Shown here piece by piece: positions 1 to 11,934 of a stretch of 64,000 nt of DNA. Position 1 is the first letter of the stretch. Each line of letters begins with the position of its first letter. The stretch spans positions 1,674,001 to 1,738,000 of the forward strand of contig OZ059894.1 in the NCBI GenBank assembly GCA_964057225.1, written 5' to 3'. A program made the translations under genes and the position numbers. The notes beneath the pieces are model-generated. The model was not told where the DNA came from, did no database searches, and saw nothing but the letters and a program-made list of their open reading frames with translations. This DNA comes from Auanema rhodensis. Its lineage: Eukaryota; Animalia; Nematoda.

Positions 1-7
1 AATCGAG

Positions 8-29
8 GATATAAGTGTGAACTTATATC
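8..29. other. Perfect inverted repeat, 9-bp stem and 4-nt loop (hairpin 1; present in most monomers)
   Basis: GATATAAGT-gtga-ACTTATATC; the arms are exact reverse complements. It overlaps an alternative dyad, ATATCA-gt-TGATAT (25-38). Confidence 0.95.
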
Positions 30-64
30 AGTTGATATCTCGGTGCATTTTTAAGCTAGCGCAA

Positions 65-80
65 ATCTGATAACACAGAT
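65..80. other. Short inverted repeat (quasi-palindrome), 5-bp stem and 6-nt loop
   Basis: ATCTG-ataaca-CAGAT. Confidence 0.85.
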
Positions 81-179
81 CGACGCAGCTTGAAAATCCG
101 CATCGAATGCACTATACTACTTTGAGAAACGCTTAATACAAAAATTAGTTATGATCGTTTGAAAAATGATGCATTAGTG

Positions 180-209
180 TATGTTGAGTTTCCATGTACA
201 CTCAACATA
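180..209. other. Perfect inverted repeat, 10-bp stem and 10-nt loop (hairpin 2; present in most monomers)
   Basis: TATGTTGAGT-ttccatgtac-ACTCAACATA; the arms are exact reverse complements. Confidence 0.95.
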
Positions 210-215
210 GCTTCC

Positions 216-281
216 AAAAACATTTTGACAAAATTTTTTTCGAAAAATTTCAAAATAATTTAGCAGAAAGTAGATGTTTTT
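216..281. other. A/T-tract-rich imperfect palindromic region centred on TTTTTCGAAAAA
   Basis: A 12-bp perfect palindrome lies at 236-247. ATTTTGA (222-228) pairs with TCAAAAT (250-256), and AAAAACAT (216-223) pairs with ATGTTTTT (274-281). Confidence 0.85.
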
Positions 282-2106
282 AGATTCCTTTTTTTAAGGC
301 AATGACGACGGACAATGTTATTCAACGAAAAAATTAATTCTTCAGGGTGAAAATCGAGGATATAAGTGTGAACTTATATCAGTTGATATCTCGGTGCATT
401 TTTAAGCTAGCGCAAATCTGATAACACAGATCGACGCAGCTTGAAAATCCGCATCGAATGCACTATACTACTTTGAGAAACGCTTAATACAAAAATTAGT
501 TATGATCGTTTGAAAAATGATGCATTAGTGTATGTTGAGTTTCCATGTACACTCAACATAGCATCCAAAAACATTTTGACAAAAATTTTTTCGAAAAATT
601 TCTAAATAATTTAGCAAAAAGTAGATGTTTTTAGATTCCTTTTTTTAAGGCAAAGACGATAGACAATGTTATTCAACGAAAAAATTAATTCTTCAGGGTG
701 AAAATCGAGGATATAAGTGTGAACTTATATCAGTTGATATCTCGGTGCATTTTTAAGCTAGCGCAAATCTGATAACACAGATCGACGCAGCTTGAAAATC
801 CGCATCGAATGCATTATACTACTTTGAGAAACGCTTAATACAAAAATTAGTTATGATCGTTTGAAAAATGATGCATTAGTGTATGTTGAGTTTCCATGTA
901 CACTCAACATAGCTTCCAAAAACATTTTGACAAAAATTTTTTCGAAAAATTTCAAAATAATTTAGCAGAAAGTAGATGTTTTTAGATTCCTTTTTTTAAG
1001 GCGAAGACGATGGACATTGTTATTCAACGAAAAAATTAATTCTTCAGGGTGAAAATCGAGGATATAAGTGTGAACTTATATCAGTTGATATCTCGGTGCA
1101 TTTTTAAGCTAGCGCAAATCTGATAACACAGATCGACGCAGCTTGAAAATCCGCATCGAATGCACTATACTACATTGAGAAACGCTTAATACAAAAATTA
1201 GTTATGATCGTTTGAAAAATGATGCATTAGTGTATGTTGAGTTTCCATGTACACTCAACATAGCTTCCAAAAACATTTTGACAAAAATTTTTTCGAAAAA
1301 TTTCAAAATAATTTAGCAGAAAGTAGATGTTTTTAGATTCCTTTTTTTAAGGCAAAGACGATGGACAATGTTATTCAACGAAAAAATTAATTCTTCAGGG
1401 TGAAAATCGAGGATATAAGTGTGAACTTATATCAGTTGATATCTCGGTGCATTTTTAAGCTAGCGCAAATCTGATAACACAGATCGACGCAGCTTGAAAA
1501 TCCGCATCGAATGCACTATACTACTTTGAGAAACGCTTAATACAAAAATTAGTTATGATCGTTTGAAAAATGATGCATTAGTGTATGTTGAGTTTCCATG
1601 TACACTCAACATAGCTTCCAAAAACATTTTGACAAAAATTTTTTCGAAAAATTTCTAAATAATTTAGCAAAAAGTAGATGTTTTTAGATTCCTTTTTTTA
1701 AGGCAAAGACGATAGACAATGTTATTCAACGAAAAAATTAATTCTTCAGGGTGAAAATCGAGGATATAAGTGTGAACTTATATCAGTTGATATCTCGGTG
1801 CATTTTTAAGCTAGCGCAAATCTGATAACACAGATCGACGCAGCTTGAAAATCCGCATCGAATGCACTTTACTACTTTGAGAAACGCTTAATACAAAAAT
1901 TAGTTATGATCGTTTGAGAAATGATGCATTAGTGTATGTTGAGTTTCCATGTACACTCAACATAGCTTCCAAAAACATTTTGACAAAAATTTTTTCGAAA
2001 AATTTCAAAATAATTTAGCAGAAAGTAGATGTTTTTAGATTCCTTTTTTTAAGGCAAAGACGATAGACAATGTTATTCAACGAAAAAATTAATTCTTCAG
2101 GGTGAA

Positions 2107-5100
2107 AATCGAGGATATAAGTGTGAACTTATATCACTTGATATCTCGGTGCATTTTTAAGCTAGCGCAAATCTGATAACACAGATCGACGCAGCTTGAA
2201 AATCCGCATCGAATGCACTATACTACTTTGAGAAACGCTTAATACAAAAATTAGTTATGATCGTTTGAAAAATGATGCATTAGTGTATGTTGAGTTTCCA
2301 TGTACACTCAACATAGCTTCCAAAAACATTTTGACAAAATTTTTTTCGAAAAATTTCAAAATAATTTAGCAGAAAGTAGATGTTTTTAGATTCCTTTTTT
2401 TAAGGCAATGACGACGGACAATGTTATTCAACGAAAAAATTAATTCTTCAGGGTGAAAATCGAGGATATAAGTGTGAACTTATATCAGTTGATATCTCGG
2501 TGCATTTTTAAGCTAGCGCAAATCTGATAACACAGATCGACGCAGCTTGAAAATCCGCATCGAATGCACTATACTACTTTGAGAAACGCTTAATACAAAA
2601 ATTAGTTATGATCGTTTGAAAAATGATGCATTAGTGCATGTTGAGTTTCCATGTACACTCAACATAGCATCCAAAAACATTTTGACAAAAATTTTTTCGA
2701 AAAATTTCTAAATAATTTAGCAAAAAGTAGATGTTTTTAGATTCCTTTTTTTAAGGCAAAGACGATAGACAATGTTATTCAACGAAAAAATTAATTCTTC
2801 AGGGTGAAAATCGAGGATATAAGTGTGAACTTATATCAGTTGATATCTCGGTGCATTTTTAAGCTAGCGCAAATCTGATAACACAGATCGACGCAGCTTG
2901 AAAATCCGCATCGAATGCATTATACTACTTTGAGAAACGCTTAATACAAAAATTAGTTATGATCGTTTGAAAAATGATGCATTAGTGTATGTTGAGTTTC
3001 CATGTACACTCAACATAGCTTCCAAAAACATTTTGACAAAAATTTTTTCGAAAAATTTCAAAATAATTTAGCAGAAAGTAGATGTTTTTAGATTCCTTTT
3101 TTTAAGGCGAAGACGATGGACATTGTTATTCAACGAAAAAATTAATTCTTCAGGGTGAAAATCGAGGATATAAGTGTGAACTTATATCAGTTGATATCTC
3201 GGTGCATTTTTAAGCTAGCGCAAATCTGATAACACAGATCGACGCAGCTTGAAAATCCGCATCGAATGCACTATACTACATTGAGAAACGCTTAATACAA
3301 AAATTAGTTATGATCGTTTGAAAAATGATGCATTAGTGTATGTTGAGTTTCCATGTACACTCAACATAGCTTCCAAAAACATTTTGACAAAAATTTTTTC
3401 GAAAAATTTCAAAATAATTTAGCAGAAAGTAGATGTTTTTAGATTCCTTTTTTTAAGGCAAAGACGATGGACAATGTTATTCAACGAAAAAATTAATTCT
3501 TCAGGGTGAAAATCGAGGATATAAGTGTGAACTTATATCAGTTGATATCTCGGTGCATTTTTAAGCTAGCGCAAATCTGATAACACAGATCGACGCAGCT
3601 TGAAAATCCGCATCGAATGCACTATACTACTTTGAGAAACGCTTAATACAAAAATTAGTTATGATCGTTTGAAAAATGATGCATTAGTGTATGTTGAGTT
3701 TCCATGTACACTCAACATAGCTTCCAAAAACATTTTGACAAAAATTTTTTCGAAAAATTTCAAAATAATTTAGCAGAAAGTAGATGTTTTTAGATTCCTT
3801 TTTTTAAGGCGAAGACGATGGACATTGTTATTCAACGAAAAAATTAATTCTTCAGGGTGAAAATCGAGGATATAAGTGTGAACTTATATCAGTTGATATC
3901 TCGGTGCATTTTTAAGCTAGCGCAAATCTGATAACACAGATCGACGCAGCTTGAAAATCCGCATCGAATGCACTATACTACATTGAGAAACGCTTAATAC
4001 AAAAATTAGTTATGATCGTTTGAAAAATGATGCATTAGTGTATGTTGAGTTTCCATGTACACTCAACATAGCTTCCAAAAACATTTTGACAAAAATTTTT
4101 TCGAAATATTTCAAAATAATTTAGCAGAAAGTAGATGTTTTTAGATTCCTTTTTTTAAGGCAAAGACGATGGACAATGTTATTCAACGAAAAAATTAATT
4201 CTTCAGGGTGAAAATCGAGGATATAAGTGTGAACTTATATCAGTTGATATCTCGGTGCATTTTTAAGCTAGCGCAAATCTGATAACACAGATCGACGCAG
4301 CTTGAAAATCCGCATCGAATGCACTATACTACTTTGAGAAACGCTTAATACAAAAATAAGTTATGATCGTTTGAAAAATGATGCATTAGTGTATGTTGAG
4401 TTTCCATGTACACTCAACATAGCTTCCAAAAACATTTTGACAAAAATTTTTTCGAAAAATTTCAAAATAATTTAGCAAAAAGTAGATGTTTTTAGACTCC
4501 TTTTTTCAAGGCAAAGACGATGGACAATGTTATTCAACGAAAAAATTAATTCTTCAGGGTGAAAATCGAGGATATAAGTGTGAACTTATATCAGTTGATA
4601 TCTCGGTGCATTTTTAAGCTAGCGCAAATCTGATAACACAGATCGACGCAGCTTGAAAATCCGCATCGAATGCACTATACTACTTTGAGAAACGCTTAAT
4701 ACAAAAATTAGTTATGATCGTTTGAAAAATGATGCATTAGTGTATGTTGAGTTTCCATGTACACTCAACATTGCTTCCAAAAACATTTTGACAAAAATTT
4801 TTTCGAAAAATTTCAAATTAATTTAGCAGAAAGTATATGTTTTTAGATTCCTTTTCTCAAGGCAAAGACGATGGACAATGTTATTCAACGAAAAAATTAA
4901 TTCTTCAGGGTGAAAATCGAGGATATATGTGTGAATTTATATCAGTTGATATCTCGGTGCATTTTTAAGCTAGCGCAAATCTGATAACACAGATCGACGC
5001 AGCTTAAAAATCCGCATCGAATGCACTATACTACTTTGAGAAACGCTTAATACAAAAATTAGTTATGATCGTTTGAAAAATGATGCATTAGTGTATGTTG

Positions 5101-7722
5101 AGTTTCCATGTACACTCAACATAGCTTCCAAAAACATTTTGACAAAATTTTTTTCGAAAAATTTCAAAATAATTTAGCAGAAAGTAGATGTTTTTAGATT
5201 CCTTTTTTTAAGGCAATGACGACGGACAATGTTATTCAACGAAAAAATTAATTCTTCAGGGTGAAAATCGAGGATATAAGTGTGAACTTATATCAGTTGA
5301 TATCTCGGTGCATTTTTAAGCTAGCGCAAATCTGATAACACAGATCGACGCAGCTTGAAAATCCGCATCGAATGCACTATACTACTTTGAGAAACGCTTA
5401 ATACAAAAATTAGTTATGATCGTTTGAAAAATGATGCATTAGTGCATGTTGAGTTTCCATGTACACTCAACATAGCATCCAAAAACATTTTGACAAAAAT
5501 TTTTTCGAAAAATTTCTAAATAATTTAGCAAAAAGTAGATGTTTTTAGATTCCTTTTTTTAAGGCAAAGACGATAGACAATGTTATTCAACGAAAAAATT
5601 AATTCTTCAGGGTGAAAATCGAGGATATAAGTGTGAACTTATATCAGTTGATATCTCGGTGCATTTTTAAGCTAGCGCAAATCTGATAACACAGATCGAC
5701 GCAGCTTGAAAATCCGCATCGAATGCATTATACTACTTTGAGAAACGCTTAATACAAAAATTAGTTATGATCGTTTGAAAAATGATGCATTAGTGTATGT
5801 TGAGTTTCCATGTACACTCAACATAGCTTCCAAAAACATTTTGACAAAAATTTTTTCGAAAAATTTCAAAATAATTTAGCAGAAAGTAGATGTTTTTAGA
5901 TTCCTTTTTTTAAGGCGAAGACGATGGACATTGTTATTCAACGAAAAAATTAATTCTTCAGGGTGAAAATCGAGGATATAAGTGTGAACTTATATCAGTT
6001 GATATCTCGGTGCATTTTTAAGCTAGCGCAAATCTGATAACACAGATCGACGCAGCTTGAAAATCCGCATCGAATGCACTATACTACATTGAGAAACGCT
6101 TAATACAAAAATTAGTTATGATCGTTTGAAAAATGATGCATTAGTGTATGTTGAGTTTCCATGTACACTCAACATAGCTTCCAAAAACATTTTGACAAAA
6201 ATTTTTTCGAAAAATTTCAAAATAATTTAGCAGAAAGTAGATGTTTTTAGATTCCTTTTTTTAAGGCAAAGACGATGGACAATGTTATTCAACGAAAAAA
6301 TTAATTCTTCAGGGTGAAAATCGAGGATATAAGTGTGAACTTATATCAGTTGATATCTCGGTGCATTTTTAAGCTAGCGCAAATCTGATAACACAGATCG
6401 ACGCAGCTTGAAAATCCGCATCGAATGCACTATACTACTTTGAGAAACGCTTAATACAAAAATTAGTTATGATCGTTTGAAAAATGATGCATTAGTGTAT
6501 GTTGAGTTTCCATGTACACTCAACATAGCTTCCAAAAACATTTTGACAAAAATTTTTTCGAAAAATTTCAAAATAATTTAGCAGAAAGTAGATGTTTTTA
6601 GATTCCTTTTTTTAAGGCGAAGACGATGGACATTGTTATTCAACGAAAAAATTAATTCTTCAGGGTGAAAATCGAGGATATAAGTGTGAACTTATATCAG
6701 TTGATATCTCGGTGCATTTTTAAGCTAGCGCAAATCTGATAACACAGATCGACGCAGCTTGAAAATCCGCATCGAATGCACTATACTACATTGAGAAACG
6801 CTTAATACAAAAATTAGTTATGATCGTTTGAAAAATGATGCATTAGTGTATGTTGAGTTTCCATGTACACTCAACATAGCTTCCAAAAACATTTTGACAA
6901 AAATTTTTTCGAAAAATTTCAAAATAATTTAGCAGAAAGTAGATGTTTTTAGATTCCTTTTTTTAAGGCAAAGACGATGGACAATGTTATTCAACGAAAA
7001 AATTAATTCTTCAGGGTGAAAATCGAGGATATAAGTGTGAACTTATATCAGTTGATATCTCGGTGCATTTTTAAGCTAGCGCAAATCTGATGACACAGAT
7101 CGACGCAGCTTGAAAATCCGCATCGAATGCACTATACTACTTTGAGAAACGCTTAATACAAAAATTAGTTATGATCGTTTGAAAAATGATGCATTAGTGT
7201 ATGTTGAGTTTCCATGTACACTCAACATAGCTTCCAAAAACATTTTGACAAAAATTTTTTCGAAAAATTTCAAAATAATTTAGCAAAAAGTAGATGTTTT
7301 TAGATTCCTTTTTTCAAGGCAAAGACGATGGACAATGTTATTCAACGAAAAAATTAATTCTTCAGGGTGAAAATCGAGGATATAAGTGTGAACTTATATC
7401 AGTTGATATCTCGGTGCATTTTTAAGCTAGCGCAAATCTGATAACACAGATCGACGCAGCTTGAAAATCCGCATCGAATGCACTATACTACTTTGAGAAA
7501 CGCTTAATACAAAAATTAGTTATGATCGTTTGAAAAATGATGCATTAGTGTATGTTGAGTTTCCATGTACACTCAACATTGCTTCCAAAAACATTTTGAC
7601 AAAAATTTTTTCGAAAAATTTCAAATTAATTTAGCAGAAAGTATATGTTTTTAGATTCCTTTTCTCAAGGCAAAGACGATGGACAATGTTATTCAACGAA
7701 AAAATTAATTCTTCAGGGTGAA
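2107..7722. repeat. Higher-order repeat: 8-monomer block (2808 bp) duplicated in tandem, M7-14 and M15-22
   Basis: The same ordered series of diagnostic variants appears in both copies: AATGACGACGG, GCATCC/TCTAAA/GATAGAC, GCATTATA/GGCGAAG/GACATTG, and so on to AAATTAAT/GTATATG/TTCTCAAG. The first four types also occur as M1-4. Confidence 0.9.
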
Positions 7723-8424
7723 AATCGAGGATATATGTGTGAATTTATATCAGTTGATATCTCGGTGCATTTTTAAGCTAGCGCAAATCTGATAACACAG
7801 ATCGACGCAGCTTGAAAATCCGCATCGAATGCACTATACTACATTGAGAAACGCTTAATACAAAAATTAGTTATGATCGTTTGAAAAATGATGCATTAGT
7901 GTATGTTGAGTTTCCATGTACACTCAACATAGCTTCCAAAAACATTTTGACAAAAATTTTTTCGAAAAATTTCAAAATAATTTAGCAGAAAGTAGATGTT
8001 TTTAGATTCCTTTTTTTAAGGCAAAGACGATGGACAATGTTATTCAACGAAAAAATTAATTCTTCAGGGTGAAAATCGAGGATATAAGTGTGAACTTATA
8101 TCAGTTGATATCTCGGTGCATTTTTAAGCTAGCGCAAATCTGATAACACAGATCGACGCAGCTTGAAAATCCGCATCGAATGCACTATACTACTTTGAGA
8201 AACGCTTAATACAAAAATTAGTTATGATCGTTTGAAAAATGATGCATTAGTGTATGTTGAGTTTCCATGTACACTCAACATAGCTTCCAAAAACATTTTG
8301 ACAAAAATTTTTTCGAAAAATTTCAAAATAATTTAGCAAAAAGTAGATGTTTTTAGATTCCTTTTTTCAAGGCAAAGACGATGGACAATGTTATTCAACG
8401 AAAAAATTAATTCTTCAGGGTGAA

Positions 8425-11400
8425 AATCGAGGATATAAGTGTGAACTTATATCAGTTGATATCTCGGTGCATTTTTAAGCTAGCGCAAATCTGATAACAC
8501 AGATCGACGCAGCTTGAAAATCCGCATCGAATGCACTATACTACTTTGAGAAACGCTTAATACAAAAATTAGTTATGAACGTTTGAAAAATGATGCATTA
8601 GTGTATGTTGAGTTTCCATGTACACTCAACATAGCTTCCAAAAACATTTTGACAAAAATTTTTTCGAAAAATTTCAAAATAATTTAGCAGAAAGTAGATG
8701 TTTTTAGATTCCTTTTTTTAAGGCAAAGACGATGGACAATGTTATTCAACGAAAAAATTAATTCTTCAGGGTGAAAATCGAGGATATAAGTGTGAACTTA
8801 TATCAGTTGATATCTCGGTGCATTTTTAAGCTAGCGCAAATCTGATAACACAGATCGACGCAGCTTGAAAATCCGCATCGAATGCACTATACTACTTTGA
8901 GAAACGCTTAATACAAAAATTAGTTATGATCGTTTGAAAAATGATGCATTAGTGTATGTTGAGTTTCCATGTACACTCAACATAGCTTCCAAAAACATTT
9001 TGACAAAAATTTTTTCGAAAAATTTCAAAATAATTTAGCAAAAAGTAGATGTTTTTAGATTCCTTTTTTCAAGGCAAAGACGATGGACAATGTTATTCAA
9101 CGAAAAAATTAATTCTTCAGGGTGAAAATCGAGGATATAAGTGTGAACTTATATCAGTTGATATCTCGGTGCATTTTTAAGCTAGCGCAAATCTGATAAC
9201 ACAGATCGACGCAGCTTGAAAATCCGCATCGAATGCACTATACTACTTTGAGAAACGCTTAATACAAAAATTAGTTATGATCGTTTGAAAAATGATGCAT
9301 TAGTGTATGTTGAGTTTCCATGTACACTCAACATTGCTTCCAAAAACATTTTGACAAAAATTTTTTCGAAAAATTTCAAATTAATTTAGCAGAAAGTATA
9401 TGTTTTTAGATTCCTTTTCTCAAGGCAAAGACGATGGACAATGTTATTCAACGAAAAAATTAATTCTTCAGGGTGAAAATCGAGGATATATGTGTGAATT
9501 TATATCAGTTGATATCTCGGTGCATTTTTAAGCTAGCGCAAATCTGATAACACAGATCGACGCAGCTTGAAAATCCGCATTGAATGCACTATACTACATT
9601 GAGGAACGCTTAATACAAAAATTAGTTATGATCGTTTGAAAAATGATGCATTAGTGTATGTTTAGTTTCCATGTACACTCAACATAGCTTCCAAAAACAT
9701 TTTGACAAAATTTTTTTCGAAAAATTTCAAAATAATTTAGCAGAAAGTAGATGTTTTTGGATTCCTTTTTTTAAGGCAAAGACGACGGACAATGTTATTC
9801 AACGAAAAAATTAATTCTTCAGGGTGAAAATCGAGGATATAAGTGTGAACTTATATCAGTTGATATCTCGGTGCATTTTTAAGCTAGCGCAAATCTGATA
9901 ACACAGATCGACGCAGCTTGAAAATCCGCATCGAATGCACTATACTACATTGAGAAACGCTTAATACAAAAATTAGTTATGATCGTTTGAAAAATGATGC
10001 ATTAGTGTATGTTGAGTTTCCATGTACACTCAACATAGCTTCCAAAAACATTTTGACAAAAATTTTTTCGAAAAATTTCAAAATAATTTAGCAGAAAGTA
10101 GATGTTTTTAGATTCCTTTTTTTAAGGCAAAGACGATGGACAGTGTTATTCAACGAAAAAATTAATTCTTCAGGGTGAAAATCGAGGATATAAGTGTGAA
10201 CTTATATCAGTTGATATCTCGGTGCATTTTTAAGCTAGCGCAAATCTGATAACACAGATCGACGCAGCTTGAAAATCCGCATCGAATGCACTATACTACT
10301 TTGAGAAACGCTTAATACAAAAATTAGTTATGAACGTTTGAAAAATGATGCATTAGTGTATGTTGAGTTTCCATGTACACTCAACATAGCTTCCAAAAAC
10401 ATTTTGACAAAAATTTTTTCGAAAAATTTCAAAATAATTTAGCAGAAAGTAGATGTTTTTAGATTCCTTTTTTTAAGGCAAAGACGATGGACAATGTTAT
10501 TCAACGAAAAAATTAATTCTTCAGGGTGAAAATCGAGGATATAAGTGTGAACTTATATCAGTTGATATCTCGGTGCATTTTTAAGCTAGCGCAAATCTGA
10601 TAACACAGATCGACGCAGCTTGAAAATCCGCATCGAATGCACTATACTACTTTGAGAAACGCTTAATACAAAAATTAGTTATGATCGTTTGAAAAATGAT
10701 GCATTAGTGTATGTTGAGTTTCCATGTACACTCAACATAGCTTCCAAAAACATTTTGACAAAAATTTTTTCGAAAAATTTCAAAATAATTTAGCAAAAAG
10801 TAGATGTTTTTAGATTCCTTTTTTCAAGGCAAAGACGATGGACAATGTTATTCAACGAAAAAATTAATTCTTCAGGGTGAAAATCGAGGATATAAGTGTG
10901 AACTTATATCAGTTGATATCTCGGTGCATTTTTAAGCTAGCGCAAATCTGATAACACAGATCGACGCAGCTTGAAAATCCGCATCGAATGCACTATACTA
11001 CTTTGAGAAACGCTTAATACAAAAATTAGTTATGATCGTTTGAAAAATGATGCATTAGTGTATGTTGAGTTTCCATGTACACTCAACATTGCTTCCAAAA
11101 ACATTTTGACAAAAATTTTTTCGAAAAATTTCAAATTAATTTAGCAGAAAGTATATGTTTTTAGATTCCTTTTCTCAAGGCAAAGACGATGGACAATGTT
11201 ATTCAACGAAAAAATTAATTCTTCAGGGTGAAAATCGAGGATATATGTGTGAATTTATATCAGTTGATATCTCGGTGCATTTTTAAGCTAGCGCAAATCT
11301 GATAACACAGATCGACGCAGCTTGAAAATCCGCATTGAATGCACTATACTACATTGAGGAACGCTTAATACAAAAATTAGTTATGATCGTTTGAAAAATG

Positions 11401-11934
11401 ATGCATTAGTGTATGTTTAGTTTCCATGTACACTCAACATAGCTTCCAAAAACATTTTGACAAAATTTTTTTCGAAAAATTTCAAAATAATTTAGCAGAA
11501 AGTAGATGTTTTTGGATTCCTTTTTTTAAGGCAAAGACGACGGACAATGTTATTCAACGAAAAAATTAATTCTTCAGGGTGAAAATCGAGGATATAAGTG
11601 TGAACTTATATCAGTTGATATCTCGGTGCATTTTTAAGCTAGCGCAAATCTGATAACACAGATCGACGCAGCTTGAAAATCCGCATCGAATGCACTATAC
11701 TACATTGAGAAACGCTTAATACAAAAATTAGTTATGATCGTTTGAAAAATGATGCATTAGTGTATGTTGAGTTTCCATGTACACTCAACATAGCTTCCAA
11801 AAACATTTTGACAAAAATTTTTTCGAAAAATTTCAAAATAATTTAGCAGAAAGTAGATGTTTTTAGATTCCTTTTTTTAAGGCAAAGACGATGGACAATG
11901 TTATTCAACGAAAAAATTAATTCTTCAGGGTGAA
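8425..11934. repeat. Higher-order repeat: 5-monomer block (1755 bp) duplicated, M25-29 and M30-34
   Basis: The rare variants TATGAACG (p155) and TTTTTGGATT (9759 and 11514) recur at 1755-bp spacing. Confidence 0.9.

Larger units (their letters stand above)
1..351. repeat. Representative satellite monomer (M1; phase is arbitrary)
   Basis: The unit ends ...TTCAGGGTGAA and restarts at 352. About 111/351 bases are G+C in the consensus. Stop codons occur in all six frames. Confidence 0.98.

Noticed and set aside
8-52. Rho-independent terminator or GNRA-tetraloop RNA (GTGA loop)
   Set aside because: The stem is AT-rich, the T-run is about 18 nt away, there is no gene context, and the loop is frequently mutated to GTTA.
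314-330. CENP-B-box-like motif on the minus strand (TTTCGTTGAATAACATT)
   Set aside because: It matches only the TTCG....A half of the NTTCGNNNNANNCGGGN core and lacks the essential CGGG. Such a partial match is likely by chance.
1-351. Tandem 5S rRNA, tRNA, snRNA or spliced-leader RNA gene cluster
   Set aside because: I see no recognisable conserved 5S, tRNA, U snRNA or SL sequence and no convincing Pol III A/B boxes. An Rfam/Infernal scan would settle it.
1-351. Monomer as an ancient dimer of two ~175-bp subunits
   Set aside because: Only tiny matches at that offset (CATTTT at p46 and p221) and no alignable similarity by eye. Only the hairpin spacing is half-periodic.
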